A stretch of 64,000 nucleotides of DNA from Desulfobacterales bacterium (GTDB taxonomy: Bacteria > Desulfobacterota > Desulfobacteria > Desulfobacterales > SpSt-501), in contig JALOOU010000045.1 of assembly GCA_025454255.1 (NCBI GenBank), positions 11,279 through 75,278 on the forward strand, given 5' to 3'. This document shows positions 50,060 to 60,024 of this stretch, piece by piece. The position numbers and the translations under genes were made by a program. The notes below the pieces were generated by a model, which had not been told where the DNA came from, did no database searches, and saw only the letters and a list, made by a program, of their open reading frames with translations. Within the stretch, counting starts at the first letter, position 1; every line of letters begins with the position of its first letter.

Positions 50060-53000
50060 CTACGCCTCCACCGCCGCGTCGATCTGGCAGAGGAGCTCCT
50101 CGTCGGTGAAGTGCTTGAGCACGATCGCCCCGGTCGGGCACTTGGCGTTGCACAGGCCGTCGCCCTTGCAGAGCACCGGGTTGACGGCGGCCTTTTTGCC
50201 CTGCCGCGTCTCGCGGAACTCGATCGCCCCGTAGGTGCAGGCCGCGATGCACTCCCCGCAGGCCATGCACCTCTTCTCGTCCACTTCGCACACCGCGCCG
50301 GAGGCGACGACGGTGTCGTGGGAGAGCAGCGTCAGCACCCGACCCGCCGCCCCATAGGCCTGCTTGATCGTCTCCGGGATGTGCTTGGGGTAGTGCGCCA
50401 GCCCGCAGAGGTAGACCCCGTCGGCCGCGAACTCGACCGGGCGCAGCTTGACATGGGCCTCCTTGAAAAAGCCGTCCGGGCTGAGCGACACCTTGAACAA
50501 GCCGGCGATCTCTTTGGTTTGTTCGGAAGGGACGACCGCAGCGGCCAGCGCGAGCACATCGGCATCGATCACCAAGCCCCGCCCCAGGATGGGGTCGTTT
50601 GCCGTCACCCTCAGAACCGCCCTGCCGCCCTCCTTCAGGGGTTCCACCTGCGGCGGGTCCTGCGGCTCGTAGCGGATGAAACGCACCTCCTTGTCCGCAG
50701 CCTCCCGGTAGTGGTCCTCGCTGAACCCGTAGCTCATCATGTCCCGGTAGAGGATGTAGATCTCAACTGCAGGGTTGAGCTCTTTGAGCTTCAAGGCGTT
50801 CTTGATGGCGGCGCTGCAGCAGATCCGGCTGCAGTAGTTCCTCTCCGCGTTGCGGCAGCCCACGCACTGGATCATGACGATCCGCTCGGCGTTGACGACC
50901 CGCCCCTCCGCCGCGGCGATGCGCTCCTCGAGCTCGAGCAGGGTCATGACCCGCTCGTCCTGCCCGTAGCCGTATTCACCGGGTTGGTAAAGCTCCGCGC
51001 CGATGGCGATGACGGCGGCGCCGTGTTTGATCTCGGCGGGCCCGCGCTCGGATCGGACCTTTGTGACGAAGTTGCCGACGTAGCCGGTCGCCTCCGTGAT
51101 GGCGGCATGGGTGTAGACGTGGACGAGAGGGTGCCGGTAGATCGTCTTGACGAGCTCGCGCACATAGGCCTGTACGTCCATCCCGTCCAGGGTGTAGTGC
51201 AGCCGGCGTGCGATCCCGCCCAGCTCCGCGTCCTTTTCCACCAGGTGCACCTCGTGGCCCTGCCGGGCGATGGAGAGCGCGCAGGTCATGCCGGCGACCC
51301 CGCCGCCGACCACGAGCGCCGCCTTGTCGACCGGCAGGTCGAACTCCTGCAGCGGCTCCAGGCGGCCGGCGCGCGCCACCGACATGCGCACGATGTCCTT
51401 GGCCTTGCGGGTGGCCTCCTCCTTCTCCTTGGAGTGGACCCAGGAGCAGTGCTCGCGGATGTTGGCCATGTCGAAGTAATATTGGTTGAGCCCCGCCTCG
51501 CGCAGGGTGTCGCGGAAGAGCGGCTCCAAGGTCCGGGGGCTGCAGGCGGCTACCACCACGCGGTTGAGCCCCTTCTCCTTGGCCAGATCCGTGATCTCCT
51601 TGGCGCAGTTGGAGGCGCATGAAAAGAGCTGCTCCTGGGCGTAGACGACGTTGGGCAGCCCGCGCACATAGTCGACCGTTGCGGGCACATCGACGATCCG
51701 CCCGATGTTGGCCCCGCAGTGGCACACGAAGACCCCGATCCGCGGCTCTTCGGCGGCGACCTCCGTTTCCGGCGGGTAGGTCCGCTCCCGGGTCAGCTTG
51801 CCGCGCCGGTAGTCCAAAAGCGCGCCGCAGTGGGCCCCGGCGCCGCTGGCGGCGAAAACCGACTCGGGGATGTCGATCGGCCCCTGGAAAGCGCCGCTGA
51901 CGAAAACTCCGGGCCGGCTCGTCGCCATGGGGGCGAAGGGGTCGACCTTGCAGAAGCCGTGCGCGTTGGTCTCGATGCCGAAGGTTGCGGCCAGCCGCTT
52001 CGCATCGGCGGGAGGGGTCAGGCCGACGGAGAGCACCACGAGGTCGAACGCCTCCTCCTTGACGCCGTCGGCAGGGGTCGCATAGCGGATGACCACGTTG
52101 TTCGTCTCCGGCAGCTCCTTTACGACCGAGACGTAGCTGCGGATGAAGCGCACCCCGGGCAGCTTTTCGGCCCGCTCGCAGAAGCGCTCGAAATCCTTGC
52201 CGTAGGAGCGGATGTCGTTGTGGAAGACGGTGCACTCGGCCGCCGCGTCGTGGTCCTTGGCCAGGATCACCTGCTTCTGGGTGTAGGTGCAGCAGACCGC
52301 CGAGCAGTAGCTGTTGTCGCCCGGGGTCACGCGCCGGGAGCCGACGCACTGGATCCAGGCGATCTTGTGCGGGTGCCTGCGGTCGGAGGGGCGCAGGATC
52401 TCGCCCTCGTACGGCCCGGTGGCGCACAGCAGCCGCTCGAAGTCCATGCTGGTGACCACGTTGGGCATCCGGCCGTAGCCGTAGTCGCCACGCAGCTTGG
52501 GATCGAAGGGCTCGAACCCGGGGGCCAGGATGACGGCGCCGACCTTGATCGCCATCTTCTCGGGCGCCTGGTGGAAGTCGATGGCGTTGTTTTTACAGAC
52601 GCCTTCGCAGATGCGACATTTCTTCTCCTTGAGGTAGAGGCAGCTCTCGTCGATGTAGGCGACCAGCGGGATGGCCTGGGAGTAGTAGATGTGGACGGCC
52701 TTGTTCGGCGAAAGCTCCTGGTTGAAAGGGTCGGGGTAGTTGACCGGGCAGTACTCGACGCAGGTGGTGCACCCCGTGCACTTCTCCTCCACGATGTAGC
52801 GGGGCGTTCTGACCAGCTCGACCGTGAAGTCCCCCGCCTCACCGGAGACGCGTTCGACTTCCGTCAACGTCAGGATCTCTATGTTCGGATGCCGGCCGAC
52901 CTCGACCAGTTTGGGCGAAAGAATTCACATCGAACAGTCGTTGGTCGGAAAGGTCTTGTCCAGCTGGGCCATGCGGCCGCCGATGGCCGGCGATTTGTCG

Positions 53001-53155
53001 ACCAGGTAGACCTTGAAACCGGCGCCGGCCAGGTCGAGCGAAGCCTGGATGCCGCTGATCCCCCCGCCGAGCACCATGACATCCCCGAAGCGGCTGCCGC
53101 CAAGGCCCCGGCAGAGCTCCTGGACTTTTTCCTTCAACAACAAGTCTCTCTCCAC
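50060..53155 (-). CDS. bamE: BamE: HdrA-like flavin/Fe-S subunit; Sec at UGA 52925-52927
   Basis: ORFs 52925-53218 and 50060-52867 share a frame: [27 protein letters not shown]; two GGG.G FAD motifs, [16 protein letters not shown]; hairpin CTGGTCG-AGGT-CGGCCGG at 52892-52909; probable GTG start. Confidence 0.9.
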
Positions 53156-53248
53156 GTGTTGCATCCTCTCGTCGGATGCGAGGCGCAGACCGCCGCCGGG
53201 CCTATCCGGATGTGCCACGCTCCGAAAATGGGGCGTGAAACGCCGGGG

Positions 53249-54400
53249 CTACACCGCCTCGCGCAGTATCTCGGCAATGTCCTTGATCTCGATCTTATCC
53301 GCCAAACCGGTGGTCAGCCGGCTGTCCTCGAAATTGGCGATGCAATAGGGGCAGGAGGTCGCCAGGACCTCGGCCCCGGCTTCGGTCGCCTGCTCCAGCC
53401 GCAGGTCGGAGAAGCGCTCGCCGCGCGGGGTCTCCATCCAGATCCGGCCCCCGCCCCCGCCGCAGCAGAGGCTGTCGACACGCGACTCGGCCATCTCGAG
53501 CAGCTCGAGGCCCGGGACCTTTTTCAAAACCGCGCGCGGCTCCGCGTAGATCCCGTTGTGCCGGCCCATGTAGCAGGGGTCGTGGTAGGTCACCCTCTTT
53601 TTGAACTCTTTTGCGATCTCAAGCCGGCCCGCCCGGATCAACTCCGCCAGGTACTGGGAGATGTGCACCACCTCGAAGTTGACCCTGAATTCGGGGTACT
53701 CGTTTTTGAAGGTGTGGTAGCAGTGCGGCGAGGAGACGAGGATCTTTTTGACCCCGTGGTCGATGAAGGTTTTTATGTTTTCACGGGCCAGACGCCTGAA
53801 GGCCTCCTCGTCGCCCGTCTTGCGGATGCTCTCGCCGCAGCAGTTCTCCTTGGCCCCCAGGATCCCGAAGTCGACCCCGGCCTTGTTGAGAAGCTCGGCC
53901 GTGGCCCGCGCGACTTTTTTCAGCCGCGCGTCGTAGCTCAGGTAGCAGCCCGGGAAATAGAGGATCTCCATCCCCTCGGCGAAGCTCTTGACCCCGAGGC
54001 CTTCGGCCCAATCCGCCCGCTTCCTGCGTTCTTCGTTCAGGGGGTTGCCCTCGCCCATGAGGCTGCCGCGCACGCCGCGGATCGGCCGCGCCGTGGCGGG
54101 AAACACCCCGTACTCGGTTGCGATCCGGCGCAGGGCCACGCCGGAGTCGATCTGCCGGACGTCCCGCGGGCAGTGCTGGGGGCAACGGCCGCAGGTGGTG
54201 CAGCGCCAGATGTCCTCGCTTTCGATGTCGGTCATCCCGAAGGCCGCCTCGCGGACGATCCGGCGCATGCTGAAGGCCCGGAACCGGTTCCAGGGGCAGA
54301 CCACGTCGCACAGGCCGCACTGAAAGCAGAGTTTGAAGGCCTCCCCGCCGTTGGCTTTGATGACATCGACGATCTCTTTGTAGTCGGCTACGTTGTCCAC
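53249..54400 (-). CDS. bamD: BamD: HdrD/GlpC-like Fe-S protein with CCG domains
   Basis: CFQCGLCDVVCP, CTTCGRC...CP, ENCCG, YHDPCY.GRHNG, CCGGGGG, TSCPYC. Confidence 0.9.
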   Translation of the reverse strand: MDNVADYKEIVDVIKANGGEAFKLCFQCGLCDVVCPWNRFRAFSMRRIVREAAFGMTDIESEDIWRCTTCGRCPQHCPRDVRQIDSGVALRRIATEYGVFPATARPIRGVRGSLMGEGNPLNEERRKRADWAEGLGVKSFAEGMEILYFPGCYLSYDARLKKVARATAELLNKAGVDFGILGAKENCCGESIRKTGDEEAFRRLARENIKTFIDHGVKKILVSSPHCYHTFKNEYPEFRVNFEVVHISQYLAELIRAGRLEIAKEFKKRVTYHDPCYMGRHNGIYAEPRAVLKKVPGLELLEMAESRVDSLCCGGGGGRIWMETPRGERFSDLRLEQATEAGAEVLATSCPYCIANFEDSRLTTGLADKIEIKDIAEILREAV

Positions 54401-54429
54401 GGCCTGTCTCGACCCTCTTGCGCCTTGGT

Positions 54430-54978
54430 TCAGCCCTTTTTCGCAACCGCCATCCGGGCAACGGCTTCCATGATCTTGTCCAGCCCGTACTTGTCGGCCA
54501 ACGCCTCGAGGCCGGTGTCGAGCTCCTCCCCGGCCGCCGCCTCTTCGACCTCCTCCTCCCGCTCTTCGTAGACCAGGGCGTCCGTGATGCACCACTGGAC
54601 GCACAGGGGCTGCTTCAACTCCGGGTCGCTCTCGCACATATCGCACTTCAGGGGCAGCCCGGAGTCGGGCTCCTTGAAAAGGTCCCGCGACGGGCAGGAG
54701 GCGCGGCAGAAGGAGCACTCGTCGTACTCCTTGCCGTCGATCGTGTACTTGTCGCGGCCCATGCACTCGGCCCGGGCGTGCTCGCCGGCGTAGACGGGCA
54801 CATAGATGTCTTTGAGGGGTTCGCGGATCACCCGGATGCGGGAGCGCGCCGGGTTGTTGCTGCTGTACTTGGGGGCCGCGTGAAAAGCGGAGCAGGCCAC
54901 CTCGCACGCCCGGCAGCCGTTGCACTTGTCCACATCGACCTTGATGGTTTTTATCTTCTTCCTCTTTTTCTCGCCCAT
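54430..54978 (-). CDS. bamC: BamC: 4Fe-4S ferredoxin subunit
   Basis: KCNGCRACEVACSAFH, NPARSRI, ECSFCRASCP, KCDMC, CVQWC; directly after bamB. Confidence 0.9.
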   Translation of the reverse strand: MGEKKRKKIKTIKVDVDKCNGCRACEVACSAFHAAPKYSSNNPARSRIRVIREPLKDIYVPVYAGEHARAECMGRDKYTIDGKEYDECSFCRASCPSRDLFKEPDSGLPLKCDMCESDPELKQPLCVQWCITDALVYEEREEEVEEAAAGEELDTGLEALADKYGLDKIMEAVARMAVAKKG

Positions 54979-54999
54979 GGCGGCTCCCATCCCTTCGCG

Positions 55000-57006
55000 T
55001 TAGTTGGCCGCAGGCCCTTTCGGCGCCTCCGCAGAAGCCGCCTCCACTGCATCGGTCAGGATCCCACGTTTGAGGAAGTCCTCGGCCACATAGTCCAGCC
55101 CCAGCCCGCGCAGGGAGTCCTGGGTCGGCACCCCGTCGTTGTTCCACCCCTTGAACGCGTAGTAGGTGTCCAGGAGCTCCTTCTCCAGCTCGGGGAAGCG
55201 CTTCTTCCAGTGGTTTTCGGGCGGCTTCTCGTCCTTGCGGCGCATCCCCCGCCGGATGTTGATGGCCCGGACCAGCGTCCGGTACCTGCGGGCGGCCAGC
55301 GTCAATTTCTCCTCGTCCATCTCGATCCCGGCCCCGGCGGAGATGAACTTGGGGTAGTTGTGGATGTGGTAGGGCGGCTTCAGGGGGAAGGAGGAGAGCC
55401 CGGCGCACATCCCGAGCGCATCGTCGATGTAGTGCATCCGCTCCTGCCAGTCGACGATGTCGCAGCACATCGGCACCGTCGGGTAGAAGGGGATCGATTT
55501 CTCCCCGCGGGGCTCCCAGTCCAATAGGTACTGCTTGAACTTTTCGTCCGGCACCTGGAACCAATCCTTGACGAATTTCTCCCGCTCCTCGCGCGTGGCG
55601 AAGGGCGCCTGGGGAAACTGCCCTTCGATCTGGGTGATGTTGATCTTCTCGCCGGTGGCGTACATCAGAAAGTAGATGGGGTTGAGCATCGAGAGCTTGA
55701 GCGGCAACTGCTCGTGCTTCTTGATGTTGTTGTGGGCGTAGGCCTCAGCGCCCTTGCCGATCTGTTTGGCGGCCCAGTAGGTGCCGTTGGCAAGCAGATC
55801 CCCGACCCCTTCGCGCCGCACAATCCGGTCGAGCAGCCAGTGGAAGCGCTCCTCGTTGCCGGCGGGCAGGCCGGGCAGGTCGGTGTCGGTGAGGATGCCG
55901 TTTTCGTAAAGCTCCAGCGCAAAGGCCATCACCTGCGGGGTCGAAAACCCGTCCACGCCGTACTCGGTGGCGCGCTGCGCGATGTGCAGGCCGAACTCCA
56001 GGTCGGCCATGGCCGCCATGGTGTAGGTGAGCTTCGAGAAGCACTTCATCATGTAGGTCGGCAGCCCCGGCACCGAAATGGTCGCCCCGCATTTCATAGG
56101 GCAGTTGTAGCAGCTGATGAGCCGGGTGCGCATCTTCTCCAGCGTCTCGGTCCACTTCTCGGCGACCTCCTGGTTCCAGAAATCCTTGCGGCGGAGCCTG
56201 GAGTTGCCCCACATGAAGTTTTCCGTGTGCCACTTCTCGTCGTGCACGGCCATCTCCTGCGGCGAGCCGAGCCCGGCCAGTATGGGCATGACCCCCTCGA
56301 TCGGATTGGCGTTGCGGAATTTTATGTACTCCAGCACCTCGTTGCAGAGCTCCATGAACTCTGCCGGCCGGGCGATGTTGATGTCCTTGGTGCCGCGCAC
56401 GGCGATCGCCTTCAGCCCCTTGTCGCCCATGACGGCGCCGATCCCGCCCCGGCTGGCGCTGGAGCGGCCCTGCTCGATGGAGGCGAAGTAGACCCGGTTC
56501 TCCCCGGCCAGGCCGATGGCGGCCACCTGGGCCTTGGGCTCCTTCAACTCCTGGCGGATCAGCTCGGCCGTCTCCCCGGCGCCCTTGCCCCGCAGGTGAG
56601 AGGCGTTGCGCAGCTCCACCGTGTCGTTGTTGATCCACAAGTAGACCAGCTCGGGCGACTTGCCGCGGAAGATCACCTTGTCGTAGCCGGCGTATTTCAA
56701 TTCGGGCGCCCAGAAGCCCCCCATCATCGAAAAGGCCATCAGCAGCGTCTGCGGCGAGATGGTGGAGACGATGGTGCGGTTGCAGCCGGTCGCCGGGGTG
56801 CCGCACAGCAGGCCGGCGCTGAAGATCAGGAGATTTTCGGGGGAGAACGGTTCGACCTCGGGCGGGACCCGGTCCCACAATATTTTGGCGTTGGTGCCCA
56901 GGCCCCCCAGATAAAGCTCGGTGTCCCGCGGGTCGGTTGCCACCCGCTCAATGCTCCCGCGGGTGAGATCGATCTCCAAGTTGTAGCCTGTCTCTGCGTA
57001 CCTCAT
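55000..57006 (-). CDS. bamB: BamB: tungsten-containing catalytic subunit of class II benzoyl-CoA reductase (AOR family)
   Basis: MRYAETGY.LE.DL, SPQEM.VHDEKWHTENF, ISCYNCPMKC, MMKCF.KL, HEQLPLKL, closely matching the Geobacter BamB sequence as I recall it. Confidence 0.93.
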   Translation of the reverse strand: MRYAETGYNLEIDLTRGSIERVATDPRDTELYLGGLGTNAKILWDRVPPEVEPFSPENLLIFSAGLLCGTPATGCNRTIVSTISPQTLLMAFSMMGGFWAPELKYAGYDKVIFRGKSPELVYLWINNDTVELRNASHLRGKGAGETAELIRQELKEPKAQVAAIGLAGENRVYFASIEQGRSSASRGGIGAVMGDKGLKAIAVRGTKDINIARPAEFMELCNEVLEYIKFRNANPIEGVMPILAGLGSPQEMAVHDEKWHTENFMWGNSRLRRKDFWNQEVAEKWTETLEKMRTRLISCYNCPMKCGATISVPGLPTYMMKCFSKLTYTMAAMADLEFGLHIAQRATEYGVDGFSTPQVMAFALELYENGILTDTDLPGLPAGNEERFHWLLDRIVRREGVGDLLANGTYWAAKQIGKGAEAYAHNNIKKHEQLPLKLSMLNPIYFLMYATGEKINITQIEGQFPQAPFATREEREKFVKDWFQVPDEKFKQYLLDWEPRGEKSIPFYPTVPMCCDIVDWQERMHYIDDALGMCAGLSSFPLKPPYHIHNYPKFISAGAGIEMDEEKLTLAARRYRTLVRAINIRRGMRRKDEKPPENHWKKRFPELEKELLDTYYAFKGWNNDGVPTQDSLRGLGLDYVAEDFLKRGILTDAVEAASAEAPKGPAAN

Positions 57007-57130
57007 CTCTTTCCCCTCTTATTGCGGTACCGGCCTGATTCGAGCTGACGGGAGTTCGACTCTGTTTTTAGGTTGAAGCTGATTGCGAGTGTCATGGCGC
57101 TCGCGCCGGCGCGAGGTCGGTGCAACGCGA

Positions 57131-57196
57131 TTTAGCTACATATTAACTACATTTTAGCTGTATTGTAGTTGTACGAGGTTCCCCGTGGTTTGTCAA
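57131..57196 (-). promoter_or_regulatory. Sigma70 promoter of the bam operon overlapped by four 11-bp tandem repeats (putative operator)
   Basis: Minus strand TTGACA(57196-57191)-N17-TACAAC(57173-57168); plus strand TTTAGCTACAT ATTAACTACAT TTTAGCTGTAT TGTAGTTGTAC. Confidence 0.7.
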
Positions 57197-57286
57197 GATA
57201 AAAACTTTTCGAGGTCGGGTTGCAGGCGGAGGCTTGACCGAAAAACCGCCGGGGGTGCCGCATAGTTTAACGAATATCGGGAGGGT

Positions 57287-57952
57287 TCACTTTTTGAGCT
57301 CATCCGTCACTTTCCAGAACCACCACTGCTGCCGCCGCGGGTTGTGGAAAAGGGAGGTGTCCTGATCGAACTGCTCCTGTTCCTTCAAGCTCTGCTCCAT
57401 GGCGGCGGCCATCCGCTCCTTGACCAGGCGGGAGAGCTCCGCCTGCACCTCCTGCGGCGAGGCTTTGATGACGAGCAGCCCGGAGACCCACTCGCGGCTC
57501 TCCTGGGTCAAGCGGCGGGCGGCGATTTCGGTCAGCGCGAAATGGATCTGCTCGTGCTGGAGCACGTAGGCACGCATGGCGGGCGTAATGCCGGGGTTCC
57601 ACCAGGAGCGCTCCGGCAACAGGACGGCTTCGAACCCGATCCGTTCGATTTGACCGAAAAAGATCGGGGCCCCTTTCAAATCGCCCTGGGAGATCCTGAT
57701 TCTCGAATCCGGGGCCAGCCGGATCTGGATGGCCGCGTGCGCGTTGATGTTGCGGGCATGCTCGGCCATCTGCTCCGACAAGGAGGCGGCGCGAAAATCC
57801 TGGGTGGTCAGCTCGCGGTAGGTCACGCCGGCCTCGGTGTGCAGCGGCGCCTCGACCGGCTGGGTCATCCGCGGCCGGGCATACTCCGGCAGCTGCGCGC
57901 AGGCAGGCAAAAGGGCGACCACCCAAAATAGTATCAAAGGGCGCAGCTGCAC
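57287..57952 (-). CDS. Lipoprotein with DUF922-like HExxH metalloprotease motif
   Basis: Lipobox LLPAC, L...DF, LQHEQIHF.LTE, Q.QFD.DT...Q.WW. Confidence 0.7.
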   Translation of the reverse strand: MQLRPLILFWVVALLPACAQLPEYARPRMTQPVEAPLHTEAGVTYRELTTQDFRAASLSEQMAEHARNINAHAAIQIRLAPDSRIRISQGDLKGAPIFFGQIERIGFEAVLLPERSWWNPGITPAMRAYVLQHEQIHFALTEIAARRLTQESREWVSGLLVIKASPQEVQAELSRLVKERMAAAMEQSLKEQEQFDQDTSLFHNPRRQQWWFWKVTDELKK

Positions 57953-57987
57953 CCGCAAGAGGGGCCTCACCGGATCAGAAGCTTGCT

Positions 57988-58698
57988 TCACGGGCCGGAG
58001 GTGTCGGGCCGCGAGGCGGCGGCGCGGCGGCCCGGCTTGGGATTTGGGCACAGGTCCCTGATCCAGTTGCGGATGGTCATCTCCGAATAGGGGCTGCCGT
58101 CGGGCTTTCGGGCCCGGCGGACGATCTCGCTGTGGTTGACCATGGCGGCAATGGTGAAGTCGGGCTGCCGATCCCATATCCGCTTGGCGATTTCCCGGCA
58201 CTGGGCGCTGCACTCCTGTGCCTGGATGGATCGCGACGGTTTGGCTGCGATCGCAGGCGCCTTTGGCCCTTCGGGTGCCTTGGACGGCTTGGGCAGATAA
58301 CGGTCGAGCTCAGCCTCCGGGTATCGGGAGTTCATCAGTCCGGTGGTGAAACACCCCTCCAGACCGCGCTCCTTGGGCAGCTCGAATTGATCCCAGTCGG
58401 CGTTCTTGATGGTCTGCAGATAGGATTTGCAGGCCTGCAGCTTTTCCTCCAGAGGCTCCATGCGGCCGGAGATCAAATTCTCCCTCTCCGTGCCGGTGAG
58501 CGCCCATGCCGTCTCGTCGAGCCGCGAGAGCTCCCGCTCCAGTTCGGCGATATGCTGCGCCATGACGTCGGCGGGCCGAACCGGCAGGCCGTGTTCGTTG
58601 TGCGGCGTGAGGCTCTTGGTGATGCACCCTTGAACGATCTCGGAATCGGAAATCTTGGCCAGCGACCGGATCTGGCTTCCCTGAACCCAACCCTGCAT
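57988..58698 (-). CDS. Hypothetical protein, coiled coil plus C-terminal HTH-like segment
   Basis: 236-aa ORF with RBS AAGGAGGAG; C-terminus CREIAKRIW...YSEMTIRNWIRDL. Confidence 0.65.
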   Translation of the reverse strand: MQGWVQGSQIRSLAKISDSEIVQGCITKSLTPHNEHGLPVRPADVMAQHIAELERELSRLDETAWALTGTERENLISGRMEPLEEKLQACKSYLQTIKNADWDQFELPKERGLEGCFTTGLMNSRYPEAELDRYLPKPSKAPEGPKAPAIAAKPSRSIQAQECSAQCREIAKRIWDRQPDFTIAAMVNHSEIVRRARKPDGSPYSEMTIRNWIRDLCPNPKPGRRAAASRPDTSGP

Positions 58699-58809
58699 TA
58701 CTCCTCCTTGCTGAAGATTTGCGGCATACCCGAGCGAAGATGTGGCGGCGCTTCAGATCGGTGCGGCGAGGCAGCATTCGAGATATCGTTATTTATAAAC
58801 GATTACAAT

Positions 58810-58838
58810 ATGATATCAAGATAGACGGAACAAGTCAA
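58810..58838 (-). promoter_or_regulatory. Putative sigma70 promoter of the 236-aa gene
   Basis: Minus strand TTGACT-N17-TATCAT, followed by an AT-rich palindrome ATCGTT...AACGAT. Confidence 0.5.
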
Positions 58839-58901
58839 CAGTGTTTCGCGAAACAGGCATGCCCCGCTGCGGAAAAGAGGGCCGGCAGGGGCTTGGCACG
58901 C

Positions 58902-59891
58902 TCACTTGCCGGCGGCAACCGCGACTGCCCGGGCTATCTCCGGCAGGATCCGGCTCCAGGTCGAGCCGTTGAGCGTTTTGGACCAAAGCTCGCCGCCGGA
59001 GGAGACCGCGATCAATTCGCCTTGCAGTTGAAAAAAACGTTCGACCATGCGATCGGCCCAAGGGGCCTGCATGCCCGTGGAGGCCGGGTGCCAGGTGCGG
59101 CCCCCATCCAGCGAGGCTTCGACCCGGCCGTTCCGTGAGACCCCATCGGCCGGGCCGGCGATGATGTGCCGGTGGCCGCAGGGGTCGACCCAGGCTGCGC
59201 GGACGTAGCCGGGGTGGATCTTCTTCCAGGATCGGCCCCCGTCGACTGAACGGAAAAGCCCCCCGCCGGTGGCGGCGGTCACGCAATCCGATGAGCTGGG
59301 GTGGACGGCTATCGAATGCACATCCGGGTGGATCAGCGCCCCCAGGTCGCGGTCCATCTGCGGTTTGCCGTCGCTGCCTGCGGCCAATCGCCATGAACGC
59401 CCGTCGTCGTCCGAAACCAGCACCCCGCCGACCTCGACGGCGGCGTAGATCCGGCCGCGGTCGGGGCCGGATGCGGCGACGGCGAACCCGCGCACGCAGC
59501 CGGCCCGAGGGGAGTAGGGCAAAAACCAGCCGTTCGCATCGCGAAGCTTCCAGACCCCCGGATCGGCATCCCAGGAGGCCCCGGCGTCTCGCGAAACGAA
59601 AATCCCCGCCGGCTCGGTGCCGGCCAGGATCGGGCCGCCCGGCCCCGGAGAGGCGCTCACCCAGCGCACATGGCGGAGCGCAAGCCCCTCGTCGGCCTTG
59701 AGCCAGGTCCTGCCGGCATCCCTCGAACGCCAGATGCCCTCGGGCGAGCCTGCCAGGACGACTGCCCCGCGGACGGCGACGCTGGTCAGAGGCAGGCCGC
59801 TCAGCGCCTGCCCGCTCACGCGCCAGGCGCCGTCGGCGCGGGCCGCATTATAAAGCCCGACCGCGGTTGCGATGAAAAGAGCGGCCGCCAT
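58902..59891 (-). CDS. BNR/Asp-box beta-propeller protein
   Basis: Repeated S.D.G.(T/S)W boxes (SRDAGRTW, SRDAGASW, SDDDGRSW, SVDGGRSW, SLDGGRTW), GTEPA, DVH. Confidence 0.85.
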   Translation of the reverse strand: MAAALFIATAVGLYNAARADGAWRVSGQALSGLPLTSVAVRGAVVLAGSPEGIWRSRDAGRTWLKADEGLALRHVRWVSASPGPGGPILAGTEPAGIFVSRDAGASWDADPGVWKLRDANGWFLPYSPRAGCVRGFAVAASGPDRGRIYAAVEVGGVLVSDDDGRSWRLAAGSDGKPQMDRDLGALIHPDVHSIAVHPSSSDCVTAATGGGLFRSVDGGRSWKKIHPGYVRAAWVDPCGHRHIIAGPADGVSRNGRVEASLDGGRTWHPASTGMQAPWADRMVERFFQLQGELIAVSSGGELWSKTLNGSTWSRILPEIARAVAVAAGK

Positions 59892-60024
59892 GGCCCCCCC
59901 GGTGCTTTTGCAGATATCGCATCGATTCGATAGCCGCCAGCGCGTCAGCGCGGCGTGGCGCAGCCTCCCCGGCCCTTCACGCCTGCCGCCGAGTTCTTCT
60001 CCTGCGAACCGGGGTGGCGGCGCG

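Noticed and set aside
49149-53218. bamE and bamF as nonsense-mutated pseudogenes
   Set aside because: The UGAs fall at conserved Cys positions with downstream hairpins, so Sec recoding explains them better
51719-55564. 950-aa plus-strand ORF and the 771-aa extended bamD ORF
   Set aside because: The first is an antisense shadow; real BamD starts near 54400 and its apparent extension overlaps bamC/bamB out of frame
55000-57006. Generic aldehyde:ferredoxin oxidoreductase
   Set aside because: Sequence signatures and the bamC-F context indicate BamB
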